Assembly (NCBI GenBank): GCA_963705725.1
Contig: CAVPKM010000001.1
Coordinates: 1-64,000, forward strand
Source of the DNA: an uncultured Gammaproteobacteria bacterium
GTDB lineage: Bacteria; Pseudomonadota; Gammaproteobacteria; UBA6002
Reading direction: 5' to 3'
DNA length: 64,000 nucleotides
Part shown: positions 20,707 to 31,916 of the stretch, one piece after another
How the letters are laid out: the number at the start of each line of letters is the position of its first letter
How positions within the stretch are numbered: position 1 is the first letter of the stretch
The notes under the pieces: model-generated
What the model was told of the DNA's origin: nothing
Databases searched by the model: none
What the model saw: only the letters and a program-made list of their open reading frames with translations
Program-made: the position numbers and the translations under genes

Positions 20707-21486
20707 ATGAAAATGCGTGTTATTACATTAAATCTTAATGGCATACGTTCAGCTACCAAGAAAGGTTTTTTTGATTGGGTGTTGGCGCAAGGTGCGGATG
20801 TAATCTGTGTTCAAGAAACAAAGGCACAAATGTTACATCTTCAAGATGAGTTATATCGACCGCCAGGGTATTTTTGCTATTTTTCAGATGCAGAAAAAAA
20901 GGGTTACAGCGGGGTAGGTATTTTTACTCGGAAAGAACCAGATAACATCAGCCAGGGATTAGGTTGGGATTGCCCAGATAAAGAAGGACGTTATATACAA
21001 GCTGATTTTGGTCAATTGAGCATTGCTTCTCTTTATATGCCTTCTGGAACAAGTGGTGAAGAAAGGCAACGCGTAAAATTTAATTTTTTAGATTGCTACC
21101 TAGAATCCCTGCTTAAGATAAAGGAACAAAAAAAACATTTTATTATTTGTGGCGACTGGAATATTGCGCATAAACAAATCGATCTCAAAAATTGGCGCAC
21201 TAATCAAAAAAATTCTGGTTTTTTGCCACAAGAGCGAGCCTGGATGGACAAATTGTTTAATGAAGTGGGTTGGGTTGATGCTTTCAGAGTAATTAACCAA
21301 GAGCCTGATCAATATACATGGTGGTCAAATTTTCGTAAATCCTGGGAAAATAATGTAGGGTGGCGCATAGATTATCAAGTCATTAGCCCTTCCTTAAAAG
21401 AAAAAGTTCGAGCCGTGTCGATTTATCGTGATCAAAAATTTTCAGATCATGCCCCGGTAATCATTGATTATGAATACGAATTGTAG
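20707..21486 (+). CDS. xth: Exodeoxyribonuclease III
   Basis: NLNGIR, QETK, GDWNIAH, GWRIDY, SDHAP. Confidence 0.92.
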   Translation: MKMRVITLNLNGIRSATKKGFFDWVLAQGADVICVQETKAQMLHLQDELYRPPGYFCYFSDAEKKGYSGVGIFTRKEPDNISQGLGWDCPDKEGRYIQADFGQLSIASLYMPSGTSGEERQRVKFNFLDCYLESLLKIKEQKKHFIICGDWNIAHKQIDLKNWRTNQKNSGFLPQERAWMDKLFNEVGWVDAFRVINQEPDQYTWWSNFRKSWENNVGWRIDYQVISPSLKEKVRAVSIYRDQKFSDHAPVIIDYEYEL

Positions 21487-21487
21487 G

Positions 21488-22234
21488 CTAGGCGCAGGTT
21501 AGGGACAGCCCACTTGTGCCTATTCTAAAACGATTGGGATTGACCCAATCAACGCCTAGGATTTTTTTTGCTAAATCCATGTAGGTGCATGCCTGCTCGA
21601 AGCTGCGAATTCCTCCTGATGCTTTAAAGCCTACCTCTTGGTTATGAGCCTTAATGGCAAGTAACATGACACTCGCTCCTTCAATCGTTGCTCCTTGCTT
21701 GCTTTTTCCAGTCGAAGTTTTGATAAAATTCACCTCGCAATCGAGAATTTTTAAACAAAGTGAATAGAGTTTAGCAAGATCAGTGAATTCGCTTGTTTCT
21801 ATGATGACTTTTAAAATGGTGTGGTCACAAGCTTTTTTGGCTGCTTGAATATAGTTAATGGCGGCGCTTTGTTGTCCATTTAAATAGGATTGATAAGGAA
21901 AAACCATGTCGATTTCATCTGCGCCGGATTGGATAGCTAATTCTATATTTTTAAGAGAGTCAGAGAGACTCTCTTGTCCAGATGGAAAATTTGCAACTGA
22001 AGTAATTTTTACCGATGAGTGCATGAGTAGCTGAGCAACTAAGGCAACATTATGTGGATAGATGCAAACGGTTGCCACGCTCCCGTAAGAAGAATTCGCT
22101 TTTAAACAAAGGTTCATCAGGCTTTCTTCAGACTCTGAAGGATTTAAGCTGGTTAAATCCACATAGGACATCACTTCTTTAATTTCAGCAGGGGTAAGTA
22201 GAGTGGGGTGTTCCTTTTTAATATATTCTGCCAT
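21488..22234 (-). CDS. deoC: Deoxyribose-phosphate aldolase
   Basis: DLTSL, ANFP, LKVIIET, FIKTSTGK, GFKASGGIR, RIGTS. Confidence 0.93.
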   Translation of the reverse strand: MAEYIKKEHPTLLTPAEIKEVMSYVDLTSLNPSESEESLMNLCLKANSSYGSVATVCIYPHNVALVAQLLMHSSVKITSVANFPSGQESLSDSLKNIELAIQSGADEIDMVFPYQSYLNGQQSAAINYIQAAKKACDHTILKVIIETSEFTDLAKLYSLCLKILDCEVNFIKTSTGKSKQGATIEGASVMLLAIKAHNQEVGFKASGGIRSFEQACTYMDLAKKILGVDWVNPNRFRIGTSGLSLTCA

Positions 22235-22244
22235 TGATGCTTCC

Positions 22245-22961
22245 CTATAATTCCAATGCTGCTTTCTGCTGACGGGTAATTTCTATAATTCCTGTTTTTG
22301 CCAGTTGCATGAGTGTTTGAAGTTCTGTTTCATGTAAGGCTTTGCCTTCGGCAGTGCCTTGTACCTCGATGAAATCACCTTGCTCCGTCATAACAATATT
22401 CATATCTGTTTCAGCTTTTGAATCTTCTACATAGTCCAAATCAAGTAGGCTTTCATTTTTAAAAATTCCTACCGAGACGGCAGCGACTAAATTTTTAAAA
22501 GGCGAAGTAGTAATCCATTTTTTTTGTTTCATATATCTAATCGCATCATATAAAGCCACGCATGCTCCGGAAATTGAAGCCGTGCGAGTGCCGCCATCGG
22601 CTTGAATCACATCGCAGTCCACCATAATCGTAAATTCACCCAGTGCTTTAAGATCGATTGCAGCGCGTAGAGATCTTCCGATAAGTCGTTGTATTTCAAC
22701 TGTTCTACCCGATTGCTTACCCTTAACTGATTCACGATCGACACGTTGTGAGGTAGCGCGAGGTAGCATACTGTATTCAGCGGTTAACCAGCCTTGCCCG
22801 GAATCTTTTAAAAATCGCGGTGTGCCAGGAGTCACACTAGCATTGCAAATTATTTTGGTATGCCCAAATTCAACTAGAACAGAGCCTTCGGCATATTTTG
22901 TAAATTGACGAGTAAATTGAATGGGTCTTAACTGATTGGCCATTCTTTGATTTGAGCGCAT
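22245..22961 (-). CDS. rph: Ribonuclease PH
   Basis: [30 protein letters not shown]. Confidence 0.97.
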   Translation of the reverse strand: MRSNQRMANQLRPIQFTRQFTKYAEGSVLVEFGHTKIICNASVTPGTPRFLKDSGQGWLTAEYSMLPRATSQRVDRESVKGKQSGRTVEIQRLIGRSLRAAIDLKALGEFTIMVDCDVIQADGGTRTASISGACVALYDAIRYMKQKKWITTSPFKNLVAAVSVGIFKNESLLDLDYVEDSKAETDMNIVMTEQGDFIEVQGTAEGKALHETELQTLMQLAKTGIIEITRQQKAALEL

Positions 22962-23081
22962 GCTTGCTTCTCCGATAAGATAAAACATGCGAGTATACTG
23001 AAAAGATGCAATGTCCGGCAATCTTGTGAGCGATATTCACAATTTTCAAGTATGATATGGCAATTAGAAATTGGAGTGTGG

Positions 23082-23945
23082 ATGATGATAGCTAGTATGA
23101 CTGGTTTTGGGCGAAGTCAAGAAAAAATTAGTTGGGGAGTAGCAATCTGGGAAGTGCGGTCAGTGAATCATCGTTATCTTGAGATTAGTCTTCGATTGCC
23201 TGAGATATTTCGAGAATTAGAACAGGTCATCAGAGAAATTCTTTACAAACATGTACACAGAGGGAAAATAGAAGTTTTTTTACGATTTCAACCTGATGCG
23301 AGTTTTGCAAATCTCACAATCAATCAAGCATTATTGGATTATCTTATTGAATCTTCACAAGCTGTGATGACAAGACTGCCCAGCGCTGAGATTAACGCGG
23401 TAGATTTATTGGCATGGCAAGGAGTCATGACAGAAGGGCAGCTAGATTTGAAAAAGATGAGAGAACCCTTGTTAGCACTTTTTGAAAAGGCGACAGAAGA
23501 GTTAAAAGCAGGGAGAGAGCGAGAAGGGCAATTGTTGGCTAACGCAATAGAAGTTAGACTCACTGCTTTGAGTAATGAGATCATTAAAATCCAGTCGCTT
23601 TTGCCCCGAATGGTTAACAAACAGCGTGAAAAAATTATTCAACGCATGGAAGAAATAAAAATAAATTTGGATCCACAACGTTTTGAGCAAGAAATGGTTT
23701 ACTATGGACAGCGTCTGGATGTTTCCGAAGAAATTGATCGTACGCTATCACATATAATCGAAATTAAACGTGCTCTTGGCCATTCTCAACCGGCGGGTCG
23801 ACGCTTGGATTTTATGATGCAAGAACTTAACCGGGAAGCGAATACTTTAGCCTCGAAATCGACAGATTCAGATATCACCCATGCTGCAGTTGAAATGAAG
23901 GTATTAATCGAACAAATGCGAGAACAGGTACAGAATATTGAATAA
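23082..23945 (+). CDS. yicC: YicC/YloC family endoribonuclease
   Basis: [40 protein letters not shown]. Confidence 0.95.
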   Translation: MMIASMTGFGRSQEKISWGVAIWEVRSVNHRYLEISLRLPEIFRELEQVIREILYKHVHRGKIEVFLRFQPDASFANLTINQALLDYLIESSQAVMTRLPSAEINAVDLLAWQGVMTEGQLDLKKMREPLLALFEKATEELKAGREREGQLLANAIEVRLTALSNEIIKIQSLLPRMVNKQREKIIQRMEEIKINLDPQRFEQEMVYYGQRLDVSEEIDRTLSHIIEIKRALGHSQPAGRRLDFMMQELNREANTLASKSTDSDITHAAVEMKVLIEQMREQVQNIE

Positions 23946-24572
23946 ATTTTCAGTAAATTATAGAGGTTCGCTATTTATTATCGCTGCTGCTTCTGGGTCG
24001 GGCAAAACGAGCTTGGTTGAGGCCTTGATTCAATCAATGGAAGATATCCAAGTATCTGTTTCACATACCACAAGACTCCTCGCAACGGCGAGCAACAAGG
24101 TGGTCACTATTTCTTTATTCATAAACAACAGTTCCTCAATTTAATCGCGATCGATGAATTTATTGAACATGCGGAAGTATTTGGCGATTATTATGGCACA
24201 TCAAGAACATGGGTTGAAGAAACGCTCAAGAAAGGTGTGGATGTAATATTAGAAATCGATTGGCAGGGAGCTGCGCAAATACGTAAACAATTTCCGGAAA
24301 GTACGGCAATTTTTATTTTGCCGCCTTCAAAAGAAATACTGCGTCAAAGACTGCTGAAAAGACAGCAAGATTCACTCGATATCATTGAACAGCGGGTTGC
24401 GGCAGCCAACAAAGAGATTTCTCATTGTTTTGAATTTGATTACTTAGTGGTAAACCAGGATTTTGATCATGCATTAACAGATCTCAAAGCGATTATTCGA
24501 GCAAGAAGATTGGCGTGCAGCTTGCAAGTTAAAAGATATAGCGAATTACTGGAAGATCTGCTGCAAAATTAG
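23938..24572 (+). CDS. gmk: Guanylate kinase, frameshift near 24075 (probable sequencing error)
   Basis: [14 protein letters not shown], then [22 protein letters not shown] in another frame. Confidence 0.9.
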
Positions 24573-24608
24573 TAAAATGGTAGTTTACATTAAAAAAACG
24601 GTGGAAAA

Positions 24609-24821
24609 ATGGCGCGTATAACTGTTGAAGATTGCTTAAAAAATATACCCAATCGCTTTGAATTAGTCCTTGCGGCTGCAAAACGTGCTCGTCAGATAGA
24701 AGAAGGTAGAGATCCGACCCTGCCTAGAAACAATGATAAAGCTACGGTTATTGCACTTCGCGAAATTGCTGAAGAAAGGATTACTCGCAATATTTTAGAA
24801 GAAGCGGGTTCTACGAGTTAA
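24609..24821 (+). CDS. rpoZ: RNA polymerase omega subunit
   Basis: [34 protein letters not shown]. Confidence 0.97.
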   Translation: MARITVEDCLKNIPNRFELVLAAAKRARQIEEGRDPTLPRNNDKATVIALREIAEERITRNILEEAGSTS

Positions 24822-24877
24822 ATCCTTTTCACATCGAGCAATGCCACCGTAAAATTATTTTTTTCGACGGAGGTCTC

Positions 24878-27009
24878 GTGCGGCTTTTTAAAAAATTACG
24901 TCGCAAATTATATTATTTATCTGAAAAACAGATAGAAGAAATTTATCATGCCTACCTAACTGCCGCAATGGCCCATGAAGGCCAAAATCGGTTCACTGGT
25001 GATCCTTATATCACTCATCCCGTTGCTGTTGCTTGTATTCTGGCAGATATCCAAATGGACAAACAAAGCATTATGGCTGCTTTACTGCATGATGTGATTG
25101 AAGATACCGATATCAATAAAAAAATGCTTGCAGAAGAGTTTGGACACCAGGTGGCAGAGCTAGTTGATGGGGTGAGTAAGCTAACTAAGATTGAGTTTAA
25201 AAGTCGCGCAGAAGCGCAAGCAGAAAATTTTCGAAAAATGCTGTTAGCGATGGCGAAAGATATTCGCGTCATCATTGTTAAACTTGCCGATCGGCTGCAC
25301 AACATGCGTACATTAGAGCCTTTGAAACCGGTTAAAAGAAGGCGAATTGCACTAGAAACATTGGAAATTTTTGCGCCTGTTGCCAATCGACTCGGTATGC
25401 ATAGTTTTTATGTTGAGTTAGAAGAGCTTGGCTTTGAAGCACTTTACCCCAAGCGGTATGCGGTTTTGCGTGAAGCAGTGCAGCGTGCACGAGGTAACCG
25501 TAAAGAAATTTTGAGTATTCTCTTCGAGTCGATAAAAAATGAAATTGCGACACATCAATTGTTGCATTGCGAGGTCATAGGCCGGGAAAAACATCTTTAT
25601 AGTATTTACAAAAAAATGCGCAATAAACATCTTTCTTTTAATGAAATAATGGATGTCTATGCTTTTCGAATCATTGTCGATGTATCGATAATTGTTATCG
25701 AGTGTGGGAATAATTCACGGTCTTTATAAACCACTTACTGAGCGTTTTAAAGATTATATCGCTATTCCGAAGGCGAATTGCTATCAATCGCTACATACTA
25801 CCTTGTTTGGACCCTATGGGGTACCGATTGAGATACAGATTCGTACTACAGAAATGGATGAAATGGCTAACTTTGGGATAGCGGCGCATTGGCTTTATAA
25901 AATTGGAGAAAAATCCGCCCCTAACACACAAGCACGTGCACAAAAATGGGTGAAAAATTTACTAGAAATGCAACAGAGCACGGGAAGTTCGCTTGAGTTT
26001 ATTGAAAATGTGAAAGTCGATCTATTCCCCGAAGAAGTTTATGTCTTTACACCGCAAGGTGAAATCATGGAATTACCAAATGGCTCGACACCAGTGGATT
26101 ATGCTTATGCTGTTCACACCGATATCGGTAATACTTGTGTGGCGACGAAAATAGATCGACAGCTAGCGCCTTTGTCCACATTATTATTAAATGGGCAAAC
26201 AGTCGAAATTATCACTTCTAAAGCGGCAAGGCCCAATCCCGCTTGGCTGGATTTTGTCATAACCGGCAAGGCAAGAAGTAGTATTCGTCATTTCTTAAAA
26301 TCCAACAACGGGTAGAATCCATTGCACTTGGAAAACAGCTTTTGAACAAGGCATTAGCAGGAATGTCCCTTTCCATTCAAAAAAATCCCACAGGAAACCT
26401 TTCTTGCCTTTTTGGGCGAAACTGCACTTGAGTCAGTTGATGATTTATTTGAGGATTTAGGATTAGGTAATCGCGTTCCCCAGCTCGTTGCGTATCGTTT
26501 GGCAGAAGTGAATAATCATCCATCAGAATCATTAAATGAAGTGCAGCCTGCCAAGCCTTTGTTCATTAAGGGAACAGAAGGGATGGTCATGCACTTTGCT
26601 AAACTGCTGCTATCCTATACCAGGAGATCCTATCGTCGGTTTATTTCAAGCAGGTCAAGGAGTGATTGTTCATACTGGTCAATGCAATCGTATTGCTAAA
26701 ATATGTAATGAACCAGATCGGTGCATGTTAGTCAGATGGTCCTCAGAAATCAAAAGTGATTTCCCAGTCATGATTGAAGTTGAGGTCTTAAATGAAAAGG
26801 GTTCCCTTGCGGCAATGGCTATGTCCATTGCAGATGCTGAAGCAAATATTGATGATATTCACATTAATGAAAGAGATGGTCATCATTATCTGGTGACATT
26901 TAAGCTTATGGTACGAAACCGTGTGCATTTAGCGAGGGTGATTCGTTTATTAAGAAAATTGAGACAAGTCATTCATATACGAAGAGGTAAGTCATCATCT
27001 CTTCTTTAG
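24878..27009 (+). CDS. spoT: Bifunctional (p)ppGpp synthetase/hydrolase with about 4 frameshifts (probable errors)
   Basis: HD domain (PYITHP, LLHDVIED), synthetase (YQSLHT, EIQIRT), TGS, CCYPIPGD and ACT pieces spread over successive ORFs. Confidence 0.9.
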
Positions 27010-27033
27010 CATTATTTAAATCAGGAGAAAAAA

Positions 27034-27417
27034 GTGAAACAAGTCATTAGAACAGCTTTCGCTCCCAAGGCGATTGGAACCTACTCACAAGCAGTAAAAG
27101 CGGGTAACACAGTTTATATATCAGGTCAAATACCCTTAGTTGCGGACACCATGGAGCTGATCTCAGATCAATTTGAAGAACAAATTAATCAAGTCTTTAA
27201 AAACCTAGAGAAAATTACAGATGCAGCAGGTGGAAAATTAAAGGATGTGGTTAAACTCACTGTTTATTTATTAGATCTCAATAATTTTTCGGTCATCAAC
27301 GATGTTATGTCGCGTTATTTTGACGAACCTTATCCAGCAAGAGCTGCGATTGGAGTGAGCGCATTGCCAAGAAATGCTCAAGTTGAAATCGATGCAATTA
27401 TGGTAATTAATGACTGA
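27034..27417 (+). CDS. ridA: RidA/YjgF family deaminase
   Basis: APKAIGTYSQA, SGQIP, PARA, VEIDAI. Confidence 0.9.
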   Translation: MKQVIRTAFAPKAIGTYSQAVKAGNTVYISGQIPLVADTMELISDQFEEQINQVFKNLEKITDAAGGKLKDVVKLTVYLLDLNNFSVINDVMSRYFDEPYPARAAIGVSALPRNAQVEIDAIMVIND

Positions 27418-29494
27418 CTCATGTTTGTTCTCTTTAGAAAATCTAGCCTCTGCAACACTCAAAGGGGTAGGTCCACGAATCGCTCACCATTTAAAACGTC
27501 TTGGTATTACCACGCTACAAGATTTACTTTTTCATCTCCCAGAGCGTTATGAAGATAGAACCTGCTGCAAGGCAATTGGCCATCTCAAGCCGGGAAGCCA
27601 TGCTCAAATAGAGGGTGATATCGTACACACCGCGATTAAAGAAGGTCATCGAAAAAGCCTTTTGGTAAAAATTCAGGACGATACCGGCTTTTTGCAGTTG
27701 CGCTTTTTTAATTTTAAGGCACAACAATTTCAAGTGCTGAGTAAATTAGGTCAGCGTCTTTATTGTTTTGGAGAAGTAAAGTGGGGAGGGAGTAGTTATG
27801 AGATGATTCACCCTGAGTACGCCTTGTTAAAAGAGAACATGCTATCGAGCCGAGAAAATTTAACTGCAATTTATAGAATTACTGCAGGAATTAGTCAATT
27901 TTTATTCAGAAAATTGATCGAGCAAGCCTTAGACTTATTGGAAACTCATGAGCTAACTGACTATTTGCCAGCCTGCTTATTAGCGGAATGCAACCTTCCT
28001 GCTTTAACCAAGGCGCTACAATATGTGCATAAACCACCTAAAGCAGCAGATGCAAACCTGCTGAATCAAGGCCTTCATCCTATGCAGCAAAGATTAGCTT
28101 TTGAGGAATTGCTCGCTCATCAGCTAAGTTTTGTTAGGCTGAAATATCAAACAAAGCCTGTTGCGCCTTCTATCATGGTGAAGACTGAATGGGTCGAAAA
28201 ATTTATCAACCAACTGCCTTTTTCATTAACCCAGGCTCAAGAAAAAGCCATTGCCGAGATTAGTCTTGATATGAATACTTCTCCAATGTTGAGATTGTTA
28301 CAGGGCGATGTGGGTTCAGGTAAAACCATTGTTGCAGCAATTGCAGCCTTGCTAGTCGTCACATCGGGCTACCAAGTAGCCATTATGGCCCCTACAGAGC
28401 TTTTAGCAGAACAGCATTATCAGAATTTTTGTAATTGGTTTGAAAAATTTGGGATCACCATCACCTATTTGACTGGGGGTGTGGCGGGTCGAGTGCGAAC
28501 GAATTTTACTGAAAGCATTGCAAAAGGTGAATCGCAAATTGTAATTGGAACCCATGCTTTGTTTCAGAAGTCAGTAGTTTTTTCAAAACTTGGGTTGATT
28601 ATTGTTGATGAACAACATCGTTTCGGCGTCAATCAACGTTTAGATTTATTAAGCAAGGGAATGGTCAGTGCTTTTCATCCTCATCAATTAATCATGTCAG
28701 CAACGCCTATTCCTCGTACCTTGGCAATGACAGCTTATGCCGATTTAGATTTTTCTATCATCAATGAATTACCGCCGGGTCGAATGCCAATTGTCACTCT
28801 TTCGCTTGCGAATACGAAAAGATTGGAGTTAATCGAGAGAGTGCGTGAAAAATGCAAGAATGCGCAAGCCTACTGGGTTTGCACTTTAATTGAAGAATCC
28901 GAAGTACTCCAGTGCCAGGCAGCAGAAGAATTATATCGAGAATTATGTTGTGCCCTTCCAGAATTTGAAATTGGATTAGTACACGGTCGAATGAATTCAA
29001 AAGAAAAAGAGGCGATAATGTGTCGCTTTAAAGAAAAACAGATCACCATTCTTGTTGCAACGACTGTGATTGAAGTGGGGGTGGATGTACCTAATGCTTC
29101 CCTGATGATAATTGAAAATGCAGAAAGATTAGGGTTAGCTCAGCTTCACCAGTTGCGAGGTCGAGTAGGAAGGGGAAACACACAAAGCCATTGCATCCTG
29201 GTTTATCAAGCGCCGCTTTCTAAATTAGCGAGAGAAAGATTGTCTGTTATGCGCGAGCATACTGATGGATTTGTCATTGCGCAAAAAGATTTAGAATTAA
29301 GAGGGCCAGGAGAGGTGCTCGGTACGCGCCAGACAGGGTTGATGGAATTTCGCATTGCCAACCTTTTAAGAGATCAACATCAACTTGATTTAGTTCAAAG
29401 TGCAACAAAAAAAATTTTGCAATTTTTTCCAGATAGCGTTGAATTAATTATCAAGCGTTGGCTAGCTAAAAATGACCGTTACACAAAAGTTTGA
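27410..29494 (+). CDS. recG: ATP-dependent DNA helicase RecG
   Basis: QGDVGSGKT, DEQHRFG, SATPIPRT, QLRGRVGRG. Confidence 0.97.
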   Translation: MTDSCLFSLENLASATLKGVGPRIAHHLKRLGITTLQDLLFHLPERYEDRTCCKAIGHLKPGSHAQIEGDIVHTAIKEGHRKSLLVKIQDDTGFLQLRFFNFKAQQFQVLSKLGQRLYCFGEVKWGGSSYEMIHPEYALLKENMLSSRENLTAIYRITAGISQFLFRKLIEQALDLLETHELTDYLPACLLAECNLPALTKALQYVHKPPKAADANLLNQGLHPMQQRLAFEELLAHQLSFVRLKYQTKPVAPSIMVKTEWVEKFINQLPFSLTQAQEKAIAEISLDMNTSPMLRLLQGDVGSGKTIVAAIAALLVVTSGYQVAIMAPTELLAEQHYQNFCNWFEKFGITITYLTGGVAGRVRTNFTESIAKGESQIVIGTHALFQKSVVFSKLGLIIVDEQHRFGVNQRLDLLSKGMVSAFHPHQLIMSATPIPRTLAMTAYADLDFSIINELPPGRMPIVTLSLANTKRLELIERVREKCKNAQAYWVCTLIEESEVLQCQAAEELYRELCCALPEFEIGLVHGRMNSKEKEAIMCRFKEKQITILVATTVIEVGVDVPNASLMIIENAERLGLAQLHQLRGRVGRGNTQSHCILVYQAPLSKLARERLSVMREHTDGFVIAQKDLELRGPGEVLGTRQTGLMEFRIANLLRDQHQLDLVQSATKKILQFFPDSVELIIKRWLAKNDRYTKV

Positions 29495-29588
29495 AGCTCG
29501 GTTCCACAACACACATAAAATCCATTCATGGAGGCTGTACTATACTGATAGCTGAAAAGGAAGCGTTAGTTATCAATAAGGAGGTTAT

Positions 29589-30041
29589 ATGCAAATTGTG
29601 CAATGGAATCCATTTCGTGAATTAGAAGATGTATCCGATCGACTTAATCGCATTTTTTCGCATACAAATCATTCTCATTCGACCAAGGACTCTCAAGAAT
29701 TATCCACTCCTGATTGGACGCCAGCGGTAGACATTGTCGAAAATAAAAATGAATATCAGCTTAAGGTGGAGTTGCCTGAAGTCAACAAAGAAGATATTAA
29801 GCTCTCATTGTCAGATGGGATGTTACATATTAAAGGTGAGCGCAAGCTTGAAAAAGAAGAAAAGCATAAGAAATTTCATCGAATAGAGCGGCTTTATGGA
29901 TCATTTACGCGCAGTTTTAGTATCCCAGATAATATAGATGAATCTCAATTAAAGGCTTGTTATAAAGATGGCATCCTTAATATTTATTTGCCGAAATCAG
30001 AAAAAACAAAATCTAAATCTACGGAAATAAAAATAAATTAG
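29589..30041 (+). CDS. Hsp20/alpha-crystallin small heat shock protein
   Basis: W.PAVDI.E, ELPEV.KEDI, ERLYGSFTRSF, YKDGIL.I.LPK. Confidence 0.93.
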   Translation: MQIVQWNPFRELEDVSDRLNRIFSHTNHSHSTKDSQELSTPDWTPAVDIVENKNEYQLKVELPEVNKEDIKLSLSDGMLHIKGERKLEKEEKHKKFHRIERLYGSFTRSFSIPDNIDESQLKACYKDGILNIYLPKSEKTKSKSTEIKIN

Positions 30042-30048
30042 TACTTAT

Positions 30049-30077
30049 GTTGTCCCGCGGACAAGCTGCGGGACAAC
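30049..30077. repeat. REP/RPE-like GC-rich hairpin, possibly a terminator
   Basis: GTTGTCCCGCGG-ACAAG-CTGCGGGACAAC inverted repeat after hsp20. Confidence 0.7.
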
Positions 30078-30183
30078 TAGAAGCCGCGTTTGCGATATGC
30101 CATAATTTATTTTAGCCAGTAGCAGTTTTATTTAAAAAAAGATAGACTATGCGACTTGTATCCAAGCAATATAAGGATTTATT

Positions 30184-31056
30184 GTGCTGGTCTATGAATG
30201 GTTTTCACAATTAAAAATCGTTTCCTTGCTGAACGCTGCCTGGAATAGATTTTTAGAATGGATATTCGGTGTTACCTCAAGCGTTCAAAAACAAAAAATG
30301 AATGAACGGATCAATGCTATTTCTCGAGAGATTACAACAGATGAATTGCTGTCAGCTAAGCTGAGAAATCGCTATGCAAAGGAAACCTTAAGTCCTGATG
30401 GATTATTGCGTTATAATTTTAAAAATTATTGGGAATGTTATCAAAAAAATTTGAGCGAACAGGAACGTGCGGTAGTTAAAGATTATGAAGCAACCCATTC
30501 GACAAGTGTAGACTTTACTGTTGCAGCGCTAGAAAAAAATTATCCTGCTACTGATAGCGCATATACAGAACTTTTGCAGCACTTATCAAATTATAATCAA
30601 GAACAAAAAATACAAAATCAATCTCAAATTCTAGGGGTAGAGGTGCTGATTCAGCATCATAAAAATAATCATTTATCGCCAAAAGCTAATCATTTTTTTT
30701 CGAATATAGAAAAATTATCCTGTTTTTCTTCCAGTTCTAATGCCACTCCTAAAAATAAATTTCCCACTTTTTCTCAAGAAAGAAAAATAAGAAGCGCAAA
30801 ATTTTTTAATATTATGGCTAATGCTAGTCTCATACAAACTTCTTTGCAATTAACTCATTATTTAATTAATCAAGAAAATACAACAGAATCACCGCAATAT
30901 TTTACTATTATCAAACGCGCATTCTTTAATTTTCTAACGCAATTATTACAAGAAAAAATACTCAAAATGATGACAAAGCAAGACTCGGAAAATAAAATAT
31001 TGATTCAAAAGGATGGAGCCAATGAACAAAGAAATGCGAGAGTTAATTGCTTATGA
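30184..31056 (+). CDS. Hypothetical protein
   Basis: 290-aa ORF, AT-rich, no recognised motif. Confidence 0.6.
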   Translation: MLVYEWFSQLKIVSLLNAAWNRFLEWIFGVTSSVQKQKMNERINAISREITTDELLSAKLRNRYAKETLSPDGLLRYNFKNYWECYQKNLSEQERAVVKDYEATHSTSVDFTVAALEKNYPATDSAYTELLQHLSNYNQEQKIQNQSQILGVEVLIQHHKNNHLSPKANHFFSNIEKLSCFSSSSNATPKNKFPTFSQERKIRSAKFFNIMANASLIQTSLQLTHYLINQENTTESPQYFTIIKRAFFNFLTQLLQEKILKMMTKQDSENKILIQKDGANEQRNARVNCL

Positions 31057-31915
31057 AGAAAAAAAACAAAGTCGAATATTATATATTGCTGATCTGCAAG
31101 GAAGAAAAACGAGCGCTTTTTATAGATCCATCAATAATTTGGTTATAGAAGCAGAAAAAATAGTAGAAGATGAACGTCCCTGGTGGAATGGTAATTTATG
31201 GGCAGAGAGAAAAGTTCAGCTAAGCATTTTACGCGCTGCGCTTACGGAAGCTTATTATACGCAAAACGATAGTGAGCTATTTGTCGATTGCCACTTTACT
31301 TTAAAAAATTCAACGAATAATTTTTTTCCATCAAAATATGATGATTTTAAAAATAGCCTAAAAAAAATATTAGACAATTTCAGGCATCAAGAAATGCATC
31401 TTTCAACTTGTCGTATTATTCAAGACCTTCGCAAAAGAATAGAAAAATTAGAAACAGTACAAAATAAGCAAACTGTTCAAAGCTTAAAAAAACAATATGT
31501 TGATAATTTAAGAGTAGATGATGATCAAAGATTGCTAGAAGAAAAATTGCGAACAGTTTCAGGGGATAAAATATTAATTAATATAATTAATGAGCTTAGA
31601 AAAAACACTGAGAGAGAGCTTTTAAAAATTCGAGAAAATTATATGAATACCTTGCATGAAATTGATGATAATAATCGTAACATGCAAAATGCATTTCTGG
31701 GCTTAGCTAATAATCTTCGTATTACCAGCGAGATGTTGCAGAAATTAGCAGTAGAGCACCCGGAATATTGGAAAGTCCTTGAGGATGAATTTCTTTCACA
31801 GAGTAACCCGGAAAGCCTCGGGTTCGATCTTGAGTCACTGATAGAAAATCAACAGCAGTTACTCAACGAGGCAAGCGAAAAGCCATCCAACCCCATGCTA
31901 TTCAGTGGATTTTAA
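31013..31915 (+). CDS. Hypothetical coiled-coil protein, candidate effector
   Basis: Heptad-rich C-terminal half; acidic tail. Confidence 0.6.
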   Translation: MEPMNKEMRELIAYEEKKQSRILYIADLQGRKTSAFYRSINNLVIEAEKIVEDERPWWNGNLWAERKVQLSILRAALTEAYYTQNDSELFVDCHFTLKNSTNNFFPSKYDDFKNSLKKILDNFRHQEMHLSTCRIIQDLRKRIEKLETVQNKQTVQSLKKQYVDNLRVDDDQRLLEEKLRTVSGDKILINIINELRKNTERELLKIRENYMNTLHEIDDNNRNMQNAFLGLANNLRITSEMLQKLAVEHPEYWKVLEDEFLSQSNPESLGFDLESLIENQQQLLNEASEKPSNPMLFSGF

Positions 31916-31916
31916 A

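Noticed and set aside
23938-27009. gmk and spoT as real pseudogenes or programmed frameshifts
   Set aside because: Normally essential genes with small indels, some in homopolymers, and otherwise intact sequence; most likely sequencing errors
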